Shown here in pieces: positions 39,745 to 49,012 of a stretch of DNA of 64,000 nt. Every line of letters begins with the position of its first letter. Position 1 is the stretch's first letter. Position numbers and translations under genes: made by a program. Origin of the DNA: a virus; IMG/VR virus record IMGVR_UViG_3300027973_002292, positions 63,649 to 127,648 of that record, one strand, 5' to 3'. The notes beneath the pieces are model-generated. The model saw only the letters and a list, made by a program, of their open reading frames with translations. It was not told where the DNA came from and did no database searches.

Positions 39745-40707
39745 TTACCAAAAGAAATTGTCTTTATAAAAACTAACTATTTGTTTAAGCTCTTCGTCGA
39801 AATTGCATTTTGGGCTCCATCCAAGAGATCTTAATTTATTATCGTTTAAAGCATACCTAACATCTTGCCCTTCTCTGGAGAGACTAAGATCTAAATATTT
39901 TTCTTTATAATCAACAGGTAAATAACCAAAATATTCAGATATCACTTTCTCTACAGTAACAATGTTACTCTGTTCAAAACCTCCAGCAATATTAAATATT
40001 TCATTCTTAACTTGGCTTTCAATGATTGCGATTACTCCGCTAGCGGTATCTTTAGCATGAAGCCAGTTTCGATATGGGGTGCCATTATTATGCAGGGGAA
40101 TTTTTCTATTTAAAGTCAAGCATTTACAAGCCTTTGGGATGAGCTTTTCAACATATTGGCCTATTCCATAGTTATTGGTTGGGCGAATGATAACATAGGG
40201 AATCTTATAAGTTCTAGCCCAAGCAAGGATAAGCTGATCTGCGGCGGCTTTAGTGGCTGAGTATGGATTGCTTGGCTTTAGCAAGTCTGTTTCAATGTGC
40301 TCTCCTTCAGTTATGTCGCCATAGACCTCATCGGTGCTAAAATGTAAAAAGGTGGGAATAATTATTCCTTCTTTTCTGTAAGTTTTTAAAAGCTCAAGAA
40401 TATTATATACTCCATTGATATTAGACTTTATGAAGTCGTCGCTTTTCCTGATAGAATTATCTACATGAGTTTCGGCTGCAACATTGATAAAGTAATCGCA
40501 ATCAACAAGCCTGTCTAAGTTGCATATATCTGTTTCTTTAAAGATAAACTTATCGCCATATTCGAAAAACTCATCAAGTAAGACATCTCTTGCTGCGTAA
40601 GTGATTTTATCTACTCCAATTACATAGTATCCTTTTTCCAGACACATCCTTGTGACGTAGGAGCCAATAAGGCCCAAGCAACCAGTGATATAAACTACCT
40701 TAGACAT
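39745..40707 (-). CDS. rfbB: dTDP-glucose 4,6-dehydratase family
   Basis: TGCLGLIG, DKITYA, AAETHVDNSI, STDEVYG, PYSATKA and R.GQDVRYA motifs. Confidence 0.92.
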   Translation of the reverse strand: MSKVVYITGCLGLIGSYVTRMCLEKGYYVIGVDKITYAARDVLLDEFFEYGDKFIFKETDICNLDRLVDCDYFINVAAETHVDNSIRKSDDFIKSNINGVYNILELLKTYRKEGIIIPTFLHFSTDEVYGDITEGEHIETDLLKPSNPYSATKAAADQLILAWARTYKIPYVIIRPTNNYGIGQYVEKLIPKACKCLTLNRKIPLHNNGTPYRNWLHAKDTASGVIAIIESQVKNEIFNIAGGFEQSNIVTVEKVISEYFGYLPVDYKEKYLDLSLSREGQDVRYALNDNKLRSLGWSPKCNFDEELKQIVSFYKDNFFW

Positions 40708-40718
40708 GATAAAATATA

Positions 40719-42029
40719 TTACAAATTGCTGATGAATAAGTCAAGTTTTTCTTCGATGTATTGTATTTGCTGAATTGAAATAACAGGGCTTGTTCCTAAA
40801 AAGAAAGTATCTGAGGTTATTTTTCTTGCTATAGGGAAATTTTTAATAACGTCTTCTTTATTAATATATCCTTCATAAGCTGGCTGCAACATTACGTTTC
40901 CGGCAAAATATGGTCTAGTTTGGATCTTGTTGGTTTCAAAGAAGTCTACGATCTGTTTTCTTTTGAATGGGGACGAGTCCTTTAATGTGATGGCAAAAGC
41001 AAACCAGCTTGGATCAGATTTTGAGGTAGCTATTGGAACATGAAAAAATTCTTCATATTTCTTAAATGCATTAGTTAGAAGGGAGTGGTTTTCTTTTCTT
41101 CTACTATGGATCTCAGGAAGCTTTTTAATTTGTTCAAGACCTATAGAAGCCTGAAGTTCTATTGGCTTTAAATTGTAGCCAATCTCATCATATACATATT
41201 TGTGGTCAAAGATCTCATCTGGTATAGATGGAAGCCAGTTATGGAATCTTTTATTGCAGGTTCCATTCTTAAGTAAATTAGCTTTCTTCCCTACGCAATA
41301 ACATCCGCGACCCCACTCTCGAAAGCTTCTGGCAACTACTTCTTGAAGTCTAGTATTGCAAGCCACGAATCCGCCTTCTCCCATAGTCATGTGATGAGCT
41401 GGATAAAAACTGCAACTAGAAAACTCACCGAAGCTTCCAAGAATTTGTCCGTCATATGTACTACCGAGCGCATCGCAGCAGTCCTCTAATAGAACTAGAT
41501 TGTTATCTTTAACAATTTGCATTAGGCGGTCCATATTAGGGGGGTTACCAAGAACATGTGCGAAAGTTATAATCTTTACTCCTTTTTTCGCTTGCTCTTC
41601 GACTTGATCAAGATTCAAGTTCAAAGTGTCCAAATCAATATCAACAAAAATTGGCTCAAAGCCTACTTGGAATATTGGATTGATAGTAGTAGGAAAACCG
41701 GCAATTGGAGTAATGACTTTTGTGCCTTTTGGAAAATTATAGAGTCTTTTAGATGTCATAGCAGACATCATGATTAAATTAGAACTGCTGCCGCTATTGG
41801 TTAGAATACCGTATTCTTTTCCAAGGTGTTTTGGAAATATATTTTCAAAAGACAAAGAGTCTTCTGACATAACAATCCATCCGCCAAGCAAAGATTTAAC
41901 TGCTGCGGTATACTCTGCTGAAGAAAAATAAGGTCCGCCATATTGAACCCAGTCTTTTCCTGCTTCCCATTTCTTTTTGGTAAGATTAGAGTCTGCGTAT
42001 TCTTTAATTAAATTTAAAATTTCTTGCAT
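40719..42029 (-). CDS. rfbH: NDP-4-keto-6-deoxyhexose 3-dehydrase (E1; RfbH/DdhC), DegT family
   Basis: NSGSSSN, FPTT, EDCCDALG, SFYPAHHMTMGEGG (His in place of the PLP Lys), WGRGCYC...C [2Fe-2S] ligands and GYNLK. Confidence 0.92.
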   Translation of the reverse strand: MQEILNLIKEYADSNLTKKKWEAGKDWVQYGGPYFSSAEYTAAVKSLLGGWIVMSEDSLSFENIFPKHLGKEYGILTNSGSSSNLIMMSAMTSKRLYNFPKGTKVITPIAGFPTTINPIFQVGFEPIFVDIDLDTLNLNLDQVEEQAKKGVKIITFAHVLGNPPNMDRLMQIVKDNNLVLLEDCCDALGSTYDGQILGSFGEFSSCSFYPAHHMTMGEGGFVACNTRLQEVVARSFREWGRGCYCVGKKANLLKNGTCNKRFHNWLPSIPDEIFDHKYVYDEIGYNLKPIELQASIGLEQIKKLPEIHSRRKENHSLLTNAFKKYEEFFHVPIATSKSDPSWFAFAITLKDSSPFKRKQIVDFFETNKIQTRPYFAGNVMLQPAYEGYINKEDVIKNFPIARKITSDTFFLGTSPVISIQQIQYIEEKLDLFISNL

Positions 42030-42030
42030 G

Positions 42031-42762
42031 TTATTCTTTTACGAGTTGAATTGCATTTAACGCCAAACGAATGCGAACTTCGTTTCTAGTTCCGGGCCAA
42101 TGCATTATAAAGTCTCCATCTGACCATTCTCCTCTTCTTTCTTGGTAGTCCATTTTTCTAGCGTGAAATGGTGTTGGGTACAAGTCGTAAAGATAAGAGT
42201 TTATAGTTTTTTGAGGGACTTCCTTTACAAAGTTTTTATACTCTTCTTTAATTTCTGGGCTGAAGAATTTTCCTTTGCATTCTTCAATAATTGCCGCTTG
42301 CTCTCCCCAAGCTATTGTACATCCATCCTTAAGTTTTATATTGTTGCTTCTGGCGTTTCCGTTTTCATCAACGTATTGATCGTGCTTGGAGATTATCTTT
42401 TCTAAGAAATCTATGCTTCTCTTATCGTTTTTAAAAAGCATTGAATCAACATTCCAATCCCAAACATCGCAGCCAAGAATGAAACAATAATTATCATCAA
42501 TTAAATCTTCTATTTTAATATTGTAATTGGTGATCATAGTATCTGATCCGCACCAATATACCCAATCATATTTTCCGGTCTCAAGGGTTCTCTTGATCAT
42601 AGCAAGTTTTTCAAAACCAAGATGAGAGATTGAAAAATTATCAGTTTGAACAATCAAATCATAGTTGCGCTTCTCGCAGTATTTTCTCTTGTTGTACTCT
42701 ACTGTGATAACAGCAAGCTCTTTGATGTTCTTTGTGTAGATATTTAAGATTGCTATTTTCAT
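42031..42762 (-). CDS. Glycosyltransferase family 34-like
   Basis: NKRKYC...Y, K..MI, YDWVYWCGSD.MITN, EQ, INSY and GDFIMHWPG motifs. Confidence 0.8.
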   Translation of the reverse strand: MKIAILNIYTKNIKELAVITVEYNKRKYCEKRNYDLIVQTDNFSISHLGFEKLAMIKRTLETGKYDWVYWCGSDTMITNYNIKIEDLIDDNYCFILGCDVWDWNVDSMLFKNDKRSIDFLEKIISKHDQYVDENGNARSNNIKLKDGCTIAWGEQAAIIEECKGKFFSPEIKEEYKNFVKEVPQKTINSYLYDLYPTPFHARKMDYQERRGEWSDGDFIMHWPGTRNEVRIRLALNAIQLVKE

Positions 42763-43440
42763 TTAAAAGTAAATTATCTTTTTGCTGTTAAAAATGTAAT
42801 TAGCGCACCTTTCTCCAGTTTCAACAAAACAATGTTTTCCGAGCCCAGTGGCAATAGATAAGGCTAGTGATTGGTTTCCAAGAAAGGTTTCGCAACCATT
42901 AATTACAGACGCAAAATCAGTGGAAGAGGTGCAATTGTAGAAATCTACTGGTTTCTTAAAAAGATAGCAAAACTCTTTCCATTCCTCTTCAAGGCCAATA
43001 AATAAACAATCATTTAAATTAACGTGCCTTAAGAAATCATGATAAAAATAATAATTCTTTTGATATCTAGGGGTTCTATTTATTATAATTTTTTTGCCAA
43101 AATCAGCCGTGTCTGCTTCTAGCCAAGGCTCTTGGACAGTTTTCCAATCTATGTCAAATTTTGATGAATGGTATTCTGTTAGATTTGTTCCGAATTGAAC
43201 TGATAAATTTTTCGGATGAGAGCCGTAATCAAAATCGTAAGGTTGATAATCAAAATCTTCTACAGACTTTATATAGCTTTGATTTTTGATAAAAGGCACT
43301 ATAAAATTTTTACTGTCTTCGTTAAATTTACAAACACCTTTCTTAGAGTCTATCAAGTAATTTTCTACGCCAAGTCTTTTGGCAAAATACAATGAATAAA
43401 TAAGATCACCAAGATCTATATGAGCGTAGAATGTCTTCAT
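42763..43440 (-). CDS. GT9-like glycosyltransferase-fold protein
   Basis: DLGDLIYSL...QSYI and ASVINGCETFLGNQS..SIA.GLG motifs. Confidence 0.6.
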   Translation of the reverse strand: MKTFYAHIDLGDLIYSLYFAKRLGVENYLIDSKKGVCKFNEDSKNFIVPFIKNQSYIKSVEDFDYQPYDFDYGSHPKNLSVQFGTNLTEYHSSKFDIDWKTVQEPWLEADTADFGKKIIINRTPRYQKNYYFYHDFLRHVNLNDCLFIGLEEEWKEFCYLFKKPVDFYNCTSSTDFASVINGCETFLGNQSLALSIATGLGKHCFVETGERCANYIFNSKKIIYF

Positions 43441-44225
43441 TAAGCTAAGTTTTCTTTAATAAAAGATACTACTTGATTGTGTTCAGCAATAATATCTTTG
43501 ACTTTCATAACTTTCATAAAGCCATCATTAACATATTGATCAATAAAGAACGCATCTCTTGTCTGGTCTGGGAAATCACCAATCAAACAAATAGTAGAAA
43601 TCTTTTGCATAGAAGACATTGTTTTGAAACAGCTGTCTAATCCAATCATTTTACTGCAATACTTAACTGTATTTAAACTATGTAGAATATTGTCAAAAGA
43701 AACAAACTTTACATTATCTGATTCTTCCAATCCATAATTAGAAAGCTCTTCCTTAGAGCCAAAAATTAGATAATTATTATCATTGTTGATGATTTCTTTA
43801 GTTATAGAGAGAGGAATAATTCTAGCTGGCAGATCAAAGCTTGCGTAAACAGAAAGAGCAAAGCCGCTTCTGAATGGGTGGATTGCAATGATATTCTTTT
43901 TCTCTTTAAAAGAATCAACTAGAGCCTCAGACGCATTGTTTGCTTCTTCTCCAAAATCAAAAGCTGAATAAAAAGCCCTTGGGGTTTCTTGAATATTCTT
44001 GGGAGAGTTTTCTCCTTGTTCCTTTACTATTGCGTCTACTTGCTCGTTGTGGCCAGCAAAATCGTCGAATGGGTAAAAACAAGTTTTATTAACTCCAAAA
44101 TGATCATAAAATTCTTTAGCTTTTTTAAAGTGAGAATGGATTATGTAGTCTTTGTGGGGATAAGCTCTAGCAAACCAAAGAGATTGCAAAAAATCTCCAA
44201 TTCCGCCGCGAATGTAAAATTTCAT
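43440..44225 (-). CDS. GT9-like glycosyltransferase
   Basis: GGIGDFL, IAIHP and IGLDS motifs. Confidence 0.65.
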   Translation of the reverse strand: MKFYIRGGIGDFLQSLWFARAYPHKDYIIHSHFKKAKEFYDHFGVNKTCFYPFDDFAGHNEQVDAIVKEQGENSPKNIQETPRAFYSAFDFGEEANNASEALVDSFKEKKNIIAIHPFRSGFALSVYASFDLPARIIPLSITKEIINNDNNYLIFGSKEELSNYGLEESDNVKFVSFDNILHSLNTVKYCSKMIGLDSCFKTMSSMQKISTICLIGDFPDQTRDAFFIDQYVNDGFMKVMKVKDIIAEHNQVVSFIKENLA

Positions 44226-44301
44226 ATAGTTAAAATATTTTAAAGCCTAGTTATGTAAATTTCCATAAAATTAGACCTTGGTTTTGTAATTTTTTATGTA
44301 A

Positions 44302-46275
44302 TTAGCGGATAGGGCAAGCTCCACTGCTGCATTCTCCAATGTCGAGCATTTCTGAGCTATTAATGGTTAAATGAGTGGTAGCTTTAACTTTTGACATAGC
44401 AGATAGATATGTCTCCTCATCAATTTCTTGATATGGAGCTTGTTTAAAGCCGTGATTCTTAAACAATAAGAAGCTAACACTCTTAATATTATGTTCGTAG
44501 TTGTCCTTCAGCCAAGCTTTCAATGGCTCAAGTTCTTCTGGTTTATAATAAGCGGTAACAGAAACAGCGTTGTCTGACCATTCAGTTTGCAGTTTTTTAA
44601 CCATATCTAGTTGCTTTAGCACATCCATGTCTTTAGCCAAAATAGAGCCATCAGGAGTCTTGCATGGGAAATAAACAACCACAGTGTCTCGGTTTTCGGT
44701 TCCGTCAAAGTTAATTAGAAACTCAACATGATAGCCCATATCCTTGCAGATTTGAACTAGAGCGTCTGAGCTGGACATTCGAACTGTGCGCATGTAATAC
44801 TCGCTAAACGCTGGGTGAACTCCGGGGGTTGCCCCGCCAAGAAGGCTTAGCGTTCCAGAGGGTTTAATAGTCGTGAGCTTAATGCTTTCAGGCCAACCAC
44901 GAAGCTTGCTCCAAGACCTATCAAAAGAACGCAAAGCAACATAGCAATCGTCAAGCCAATCAAGCTTATGTAAAGACTGGCAAATACCAGTAATGCCAAG
45001 ACCGAGCCGCATATTCTTGTGAACAATTTTATTGGTTTCTTCATGAATAAATGGCAAAGAGGCAATAGCCTTTTGGGTCTTGTAAAGAAGAGTAGCACAA
45101 TCAATCAGCTCTTCTTTTGAAGTAATGTTATTTAGATAAAGTTCGCTAAGATTACAGCATTCATAGTTAGAAAGACTAATCTCGGCGCAAGGATTTGTCA
45201 TTTCGCAATTGTCCGTATCTGTTGGATACATTGAGTTGTCTGACATAGGACCGTCCTTAACGCGTCCGAACTTCTGAGACAATGGCAAATTAAAGAAACC
45301 ATAAGGCTCTCCATTAGCGTAACCACTATCTTTATTTATTTCATATCCATTCTTCCAAATTTCTTCAAGCACATGGTCGTAGCTATCTGCGTAGATAGTA
45401 TTGTTGCTCATAGCTCTCCAGTTTGGCACATTACCAGTGCCCCAATTTTTGGCGCGAAGATAAAGAATATCATCAGGATCGCCTAAAGCTATCTCAGCAG
45501 ACCTTCTAACGTTACCAGCAACAACAACACTACCAATAATGTTGCAGATATCAAGAACATCAATTGAACGAAGTTTTTTATTTTCTCTTGACTGAAAGAT
45601 CTTTGTAATCTTATCGATTCCGTCAATAAGGACTTGTGGGCCAGAAGCTTTTCCGCCAAAGCCCTTGATTGGTTCTCCGTATCCTCTGATAAGAATAGTG
45701 GAGTACGAAAAAGATTTGCCTGTAACATAAAAAGCATCCAATACTTTTGAAAGCAAATTAACCCACCCTTCACGTTTATCAGGAACAATGTGATCAGCGT
45801 CTTTAGATCCTTCATGAATAACCTTTACACTTTTCTTAATCTTAGGTAACTCATGTACGTCTTCTCTGCGAATACTGTACCCGACTCCTCCTCCAAGCAT
45901 CAAGTTCTCAAATAGAAACAAAAATGCATTGGGTTCTCTCATCGCTACTGCCCAGCAATTAAGCAAACTATTTGCACCGAATCTATCTACAGTAGAAGTC
46001 CCAAGCTGCCAAAGCATGCGCCCAGCAAAATTGCATTTTAGATTAAAAACATAATCATAAATTCTCTCTGCTTCAGATTCCGTATAACCAGCGCCGATCT
46101 TTTGAGCGCCGTTAATGCACCTCTCTACGGTTTCGTGCCATTCTTCAGAGCTTCCATCTTCCTTAAGGCGCGAATAAGTTCTTTTATATACTATATATCC
46201 GAGTCCGTTGAATCCCCAATTTGGCTGCTTGTTTTTATATTTATTTACAAAATCCTTGGAAAGAGTCGAGATCAT
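44302..46275 (-). CDS. nrdJ: Class II (adenosylcobalamin-dependent) ribonucleotide reductase, monomeric RTPR type
   Basis: RTYSR, GNVRRSA, TNPCAEI, TIKPSGT and C-terminal CSSGACPIR. Start set at ATG 46275. Confidence 0.93.
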   Translation of the reverse strand: MISTLSKDFVNKYKNKQPNWGFNGLGYIVYKRTYSRLKEDGSSEEWHETVERCINGAQKIGAGYTESEAERIYDYVFNLKCNFAGRMLWQLGTSTVDRFGANSLLNCWAVAMREPNAFLFLFENLMLGGGVGYSIRREDVHELPKIKKSVKVIHEGSKDADHIVPDKREGWVNLLSKVLDAFYVTGKSFSYSTILIRGYGEPIKGFGGKASGPQVLIDGIDKITKIFQSRENKKLRSIDVLDICNIIGSVVVAGNVRRSAEIALGDPDDILYLRAKNWGTGNVPNWRAMSNNTIYADSYDHVLEEIWKNGYEINKDSGYANGEPYGFFNLPLSQKFGRVKDGPMSDNSMYPTDTDNCEMTNPCAEISLSNYECCNLSELYLNNITSKEELIDCATLLYKTQKAIASLPFIHEETNKIVHKNMRLGLGITGICQSLHKLDWLDDCYVALRSFDRSWSKLRGWPESIKLTTIKPSGTLSLLGGATPGVHPAFSEYYMRTVRMSSSDALVQICKDMGYHVEFLINFDGTENRDTVVVYFPCKTPDGSILAKDMDVLKQLDMVKKLQTEWSDNAVSVTAYYKPEELEPLKAWLKDNYEHNIKSVSFLLFKNHGFKQAPYQEIDEETYLSAMSKVKATTHLTINSSEMLDIGECSSGACPIR

Positions 46276-46288
46276 AAGGTAAGATGAG

Positions 46289-46294
46289 TTACAC
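46289..46294 (-). promoter_or_regulatory. GTGTAA motif (candidate phage-sigma promoter)
   Basis: GTGTAA-N13-ATG(46275) in a short intergenic gap. The same motif precedes three other genes. Confidence 0.45.
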
Positions 46295-46314
46295 AATAAC
46301 TCTGCTTTTTGGAT

Positions 46315-46686
46315 TTAGTCAAATTGAATTTTTGGCATTTCAGAAGCGTTTATTCTTTCCTTGTGTTTCATGCCTCTTCTTTTCTTGGAATATGCGGCTT
46401 CAGCCTTCTCTCGTACCGGGTCAACTCCAGTAACTCTTGATCTTTTTTCGCTCATTTCTTTAGAGTAGTCCCAAATTTCTCCTAAAGTTCCTTTCATTTT
46501 TCCAGTCTTTTCTACAAATTGCTGGGAAGAACTGGGGTCAATTTGAGAGTCTATTGATGCATTAGGTATTGTAAACACTCTTTCATGCTTAATTCCGTTT
46601 TCAGTATAGGTGTGCTCCTCGCTCATGGCCTGAAGCACAGAAATTACTTTGTTGGTTTTTGGATTTTTAAAAAGATAAAGCGGCAT
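46315..46686 (-). CDS. FmdB-like small protein lacking the zinc-ribbon cysteines
   Basis: MPLYLF...ISVLQAMSE...ERVFT follows the FmdB MPxYxY...MS pattern. Confidence 0.55.
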   Translation of the reverse strand: MPLYLFKNPKTNKVISVLQAMSEEHTYTENGIKHERVFTIPNASIDSQIDPSSSQQFVEKTGKMKGTLGEIWDYSKEMSEKRSRVTGVDPVREKAEAAYSKKRRGMKHKERINASEMPKIQFD

Positions 46687-46687
46687 A

Positions 46688-47770
46688 TTAAATCATTGAT
46701 AATAATTGTTTAGCTAAGTCGGAATATTTAAATTGATCTTGAAGCTTTAAGCCTTCGTGATTAGTCTTGTCTTTCTCTACCCTAGAGATAGCTTGTTCGC
46801 ACCCGTTAATAAATTCATCTTCGTTAAAATCAAAAATTGATCCCTGATTAAAAGGTGTTCCTTTCGAAAAGAATTTGCCATCATAAACTTCAATCTTGCC
46901 TGATGGCTCAACTAGAACAGAGTTTTCAGAGTTTGCCCATTCTTTATAAGAAGTTGCGTTTAAAATAACAGCATGCTTTCCAATAGCTACTGATTGAAAC
47001 TCTGGAAGGCCCCATCCTTCTCCTCCGGACATTCCGAGGATAATGTCTCCAGAATTTAAATAGTCATTGTATACATAATTCTTGGGCATGAAGTTTAGAA
47101 ACGAAACATTAAAAACTTGCCTGTTATCAAGAAGGTCGCTGTAGATTAGCTTTAATTCATTCGGGTCTTGATAAAACATGTTATGCAAGGCGCACTGTAA
47201 AGAATACTTTTTGTTTCTTCCGAATTTTTTAATCCAAGCTTTTACTATTTTAGCGTGGTGTTTTCTTTTTTCAAATTTTCCACAAATATTAAAAGTGATT
47301 CTATCGTCATCAAAATAAACCTTATCTAGTTTCTTGAAATGCTTAGAGTCAAATCCAAGCTTAACTACCTCTGCTTCTAGCCCGTTTTTATTAAAGACCT
47401 CTTGAGAAAACTTAGAGCTTACGCAAATTTTGCTATGCTTTGCTATATTTACTTCTGCTTCAGTTAACTCGTCTGTTTCGTGAAAAGTTAACAAAACTTG
47501 CTTATCAGAATATGTTCTCCAAGAATCATTAATGTGCCAAAGTCTAATTATAGGAATGCTTCTGTTGTGCTTCGTGAATGATTTATTGTGGATATTGTTT
47601 ATCCAGCTAATAAACTCTGGTTCGAAATCATAAGCAGAATGGTCTATTGGATGATCAGACGCCTTAAACAAGCAAGGCTCAAGGCCCATCTTGAAAAATT
47701 CATATAGCAAATTATAACTAACTTGCCCAAAGCTAAGATTGTTTAGAGGAAGTTGAACTGAAAAATTCAT
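46688..47770 (-). CDS. GT4 glycosyltransferase
   Basis: GKFEKRK and SGGEGWGLPEFQSVAIGK motifs. Confidence 0.85.
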   Translation of the reverse strand: MNFSVQLPLNNLSFGQVSYNLLYEFFKMGLEPCLFKASDHPIDHSAYDFEPEFISWINNIHNKSFTKHNRSIPIIRLWHINDSWRTYSDKQVLLTFHETDELTEAEVNIAKHSKICVSSKFSQEVFNKNGLEAEVVKLGFDSKHFKKLDKVYFDDDRITFNICGKFEKRKHHAKIVKAWIKKFGRNKKYSLQCALHNMFYQDPNELKLIYSDLLDNRQVFNVSFLNFMPKNYVYNDYLNSGDIILGMSGGEGWGLPEFQSVAIGKHAVILNATSYKEWANSENSVLVEPSGKIEVYDGKFFSKGTPFNQGSIFDFNEDEFINGCEQAISRVEKDKTNHEGLKLQDQFKYSDLAKQLLSMI

Positions 47771-47800
47771 AAAAAAACCTACCTATTGTTATAGGTAGGT
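47771..47800 (-). terminator. Intrinsic terminator
   Basis: Perfect 10-bp stem ACCTACCTAT/ATAGGTAGGT (47777-47800) with a 4-nt loop, followed on the - strand by a U-run. Confidence 0.8.
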
Positions 47801-47831
47801 GAAAAAAAAATTCTATCTTTTTTAGTTCTTT

Positions 47832-48137
47832 TTAGAGAACGCCTTCGTCATCTAGAACCTCTTGCTTGGGCTTTGATTGGCCCTGAGAAGCTCCACTCTT
47901 CGCAGGAGCACCCGAAGCGGCTTCTTCAGTTTTCTTTTCGGACAGATAAATCCTGAAATCAGGAGCCTTATCTGTCTTCTTGTCCTTATTGGAGAAGACC
48001 ACTACGTCAATCTTTCCCTCTAGGGATGTTTGCATGTGACCGGTCATGTACTTTTGGCTCTTATCTTTACTTAATTTAAGCCACAAAGCACCGACCTCTC
48101 GGCGAGTCCAGTTACTTTCGTTTTTATTATCGCTCAT
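47832..48137 (-). CDS. DUF736-like small ssDNA-binding-type protein with acidic tail
   Basis: VGALW....KYMTG...N..K..DKAPDFRIY motif and C-terminal LDDEGVL. Confidence 0.65.
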   Translation of the reverse strand: MSDNKNESNWTRREVGALWLKLSKDKSQKYMTGHMQTSLEGKIDVVVFSNKDKKTDKAPDFRIYLSEKKTEEAASGAPAKSGASQGQSKPKQEVLDDEGVL

Positions 48138-48146
48138 TACTTGTAC

Positions 48147-48174
48147 AGTAAGGATTGCAAAACAAAAATGTCAA
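48147..48174 (-). promoter_or_regulatory. Sigma70-type promoter
   Basis: TTGACA(48174-48169)-N16-CTTACT(48152-48147)-N9-ATG(48137). Confidence 0.55.
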
Positions 48175-48776
48175 ACAAAATCACAAGAATTTTTGCTCTC
48201 AACTTTATTTTTCAAAAAAGATCTAGTCTTTTCGTGCAAGTTAATTGCGGTTTGAGTGCTTACTCCAAGTTTTTTTGCTATAGAATTCCAAGTTGCAAGC
48301 TTTTCTTCTCCCGAAAAATAACGAAGCTCATAAACTTTTTTGATTCTTTCGTCCTTAAAAGAAGAGAGCAATGAAAGTAAATAAGAATAAGTGTCGGTAT
48401 TCTTATCTTCAGTAATTAAGATGTCTTTGTTATTAAAGAAGTCGATTTTATTTTCTTCAGCTAACATATACTTCTTGTTAGAATTTATGTAGTTTAAGAA
48501 ATGATATTTAACGCAATTACAGAACCAAGTTGAAAACTTCGTTTTCTGCTCCGCATCGAAAGACTTTAGAGCTTTATAAAGAACAAAGTCTTTTTCGTAT
48601 TTGATATCGTCTTTATTCATGCCAGCCTTAATTAAGGTAGAGCAGTATTTCTGGGCGATTGAGTAGTAGAAGTTATCGTACAGCTTAGAAAGCTGTTCGA
48701 AACTATCGTTGCAGTTGTCTTGCTTAACCTTAGATATAAGATCAAGCTCAGTGTTATCGATTTTTACTTTTTCCAT
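48171..48776 (-). CDS. Phage-encoded sigma70-family RNA polymerase sigma factor
   Basis: Region 2 (LYKALKSFD..QKTKFSTWF) and region 4 HTH (ELRYF....TWNSIAKKLGVSTQTAINLH). Confidence 0.85.
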   Translation of the reverse strand: MEKVKIDNTELDLISKVKQDNCNDSFEQLSKLYDNFYYSIAQKYCSTLIKAGMNKDDIKYEKDFVLYKALKSFDAEQKTKFSTWFCNCVKYHFLNYINSNKKYMLAEENKIDFFNNKDILITEDKNTDTYSYLLSLLSSFKDERIKKVYELRYFSGEEKLATWNSIAKKLGVSTQTAINLHEKTRSFLKNKVESKNSCDFV

Positions 48777-48785
48777 GGTGTTCCT

Positions 48786-48824
48786 TTATTCTTCGGAAAC
48801 AGCCATCGCCTTTGAATTTTCCAT
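48786..48824 (-). other. Short upstream ORF 2, MENSKAMAVSEE
   Basis: ATG 48824 to TAA 48786. In frame with, and 9 nt before, the sigma ATG. Confidence 0.4.
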
Positions 48825-48958
48825 TGAGTTGGTTAAAGAAATAGCAGGTCAACTGAGAGTTTTATTCCTCAGTTTATTTAATCAAATCTCACCTACATCA
48901 GTCATCGCATCTCCGGCTTTAGATAGTCCGTTTAGCTAGTAACTGAGATTTGCTATTT

Positions 48959-49012
48959 CTATAGTTGTTTTGTGGGCGACTTATTTTTTGACACAGCCAT
49001 CGCCTTTTCCAT
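48959..49012 (-). other. Short upstream ORF 1, MEKAMAVSKNKSPTKQL
   Basis: ATG 49012 to TAG 48959. Shares KAMAVS with uORF2. Confidence 0.4.

Noticed and set aside
20980-46275. Inteins or introns in dnaE, dnaB, recA or nrdJ
   Set aside because: Protein lengths are normal, and no C...HN-C/S/T splice motifs or LAGLIDADG inserts were seen.
48709-48939. 76-aa + strand ORF in the leader region
   Set aside because: It is antisense to the sigma gene and uORF2, has a TTG start and no supporting signals.
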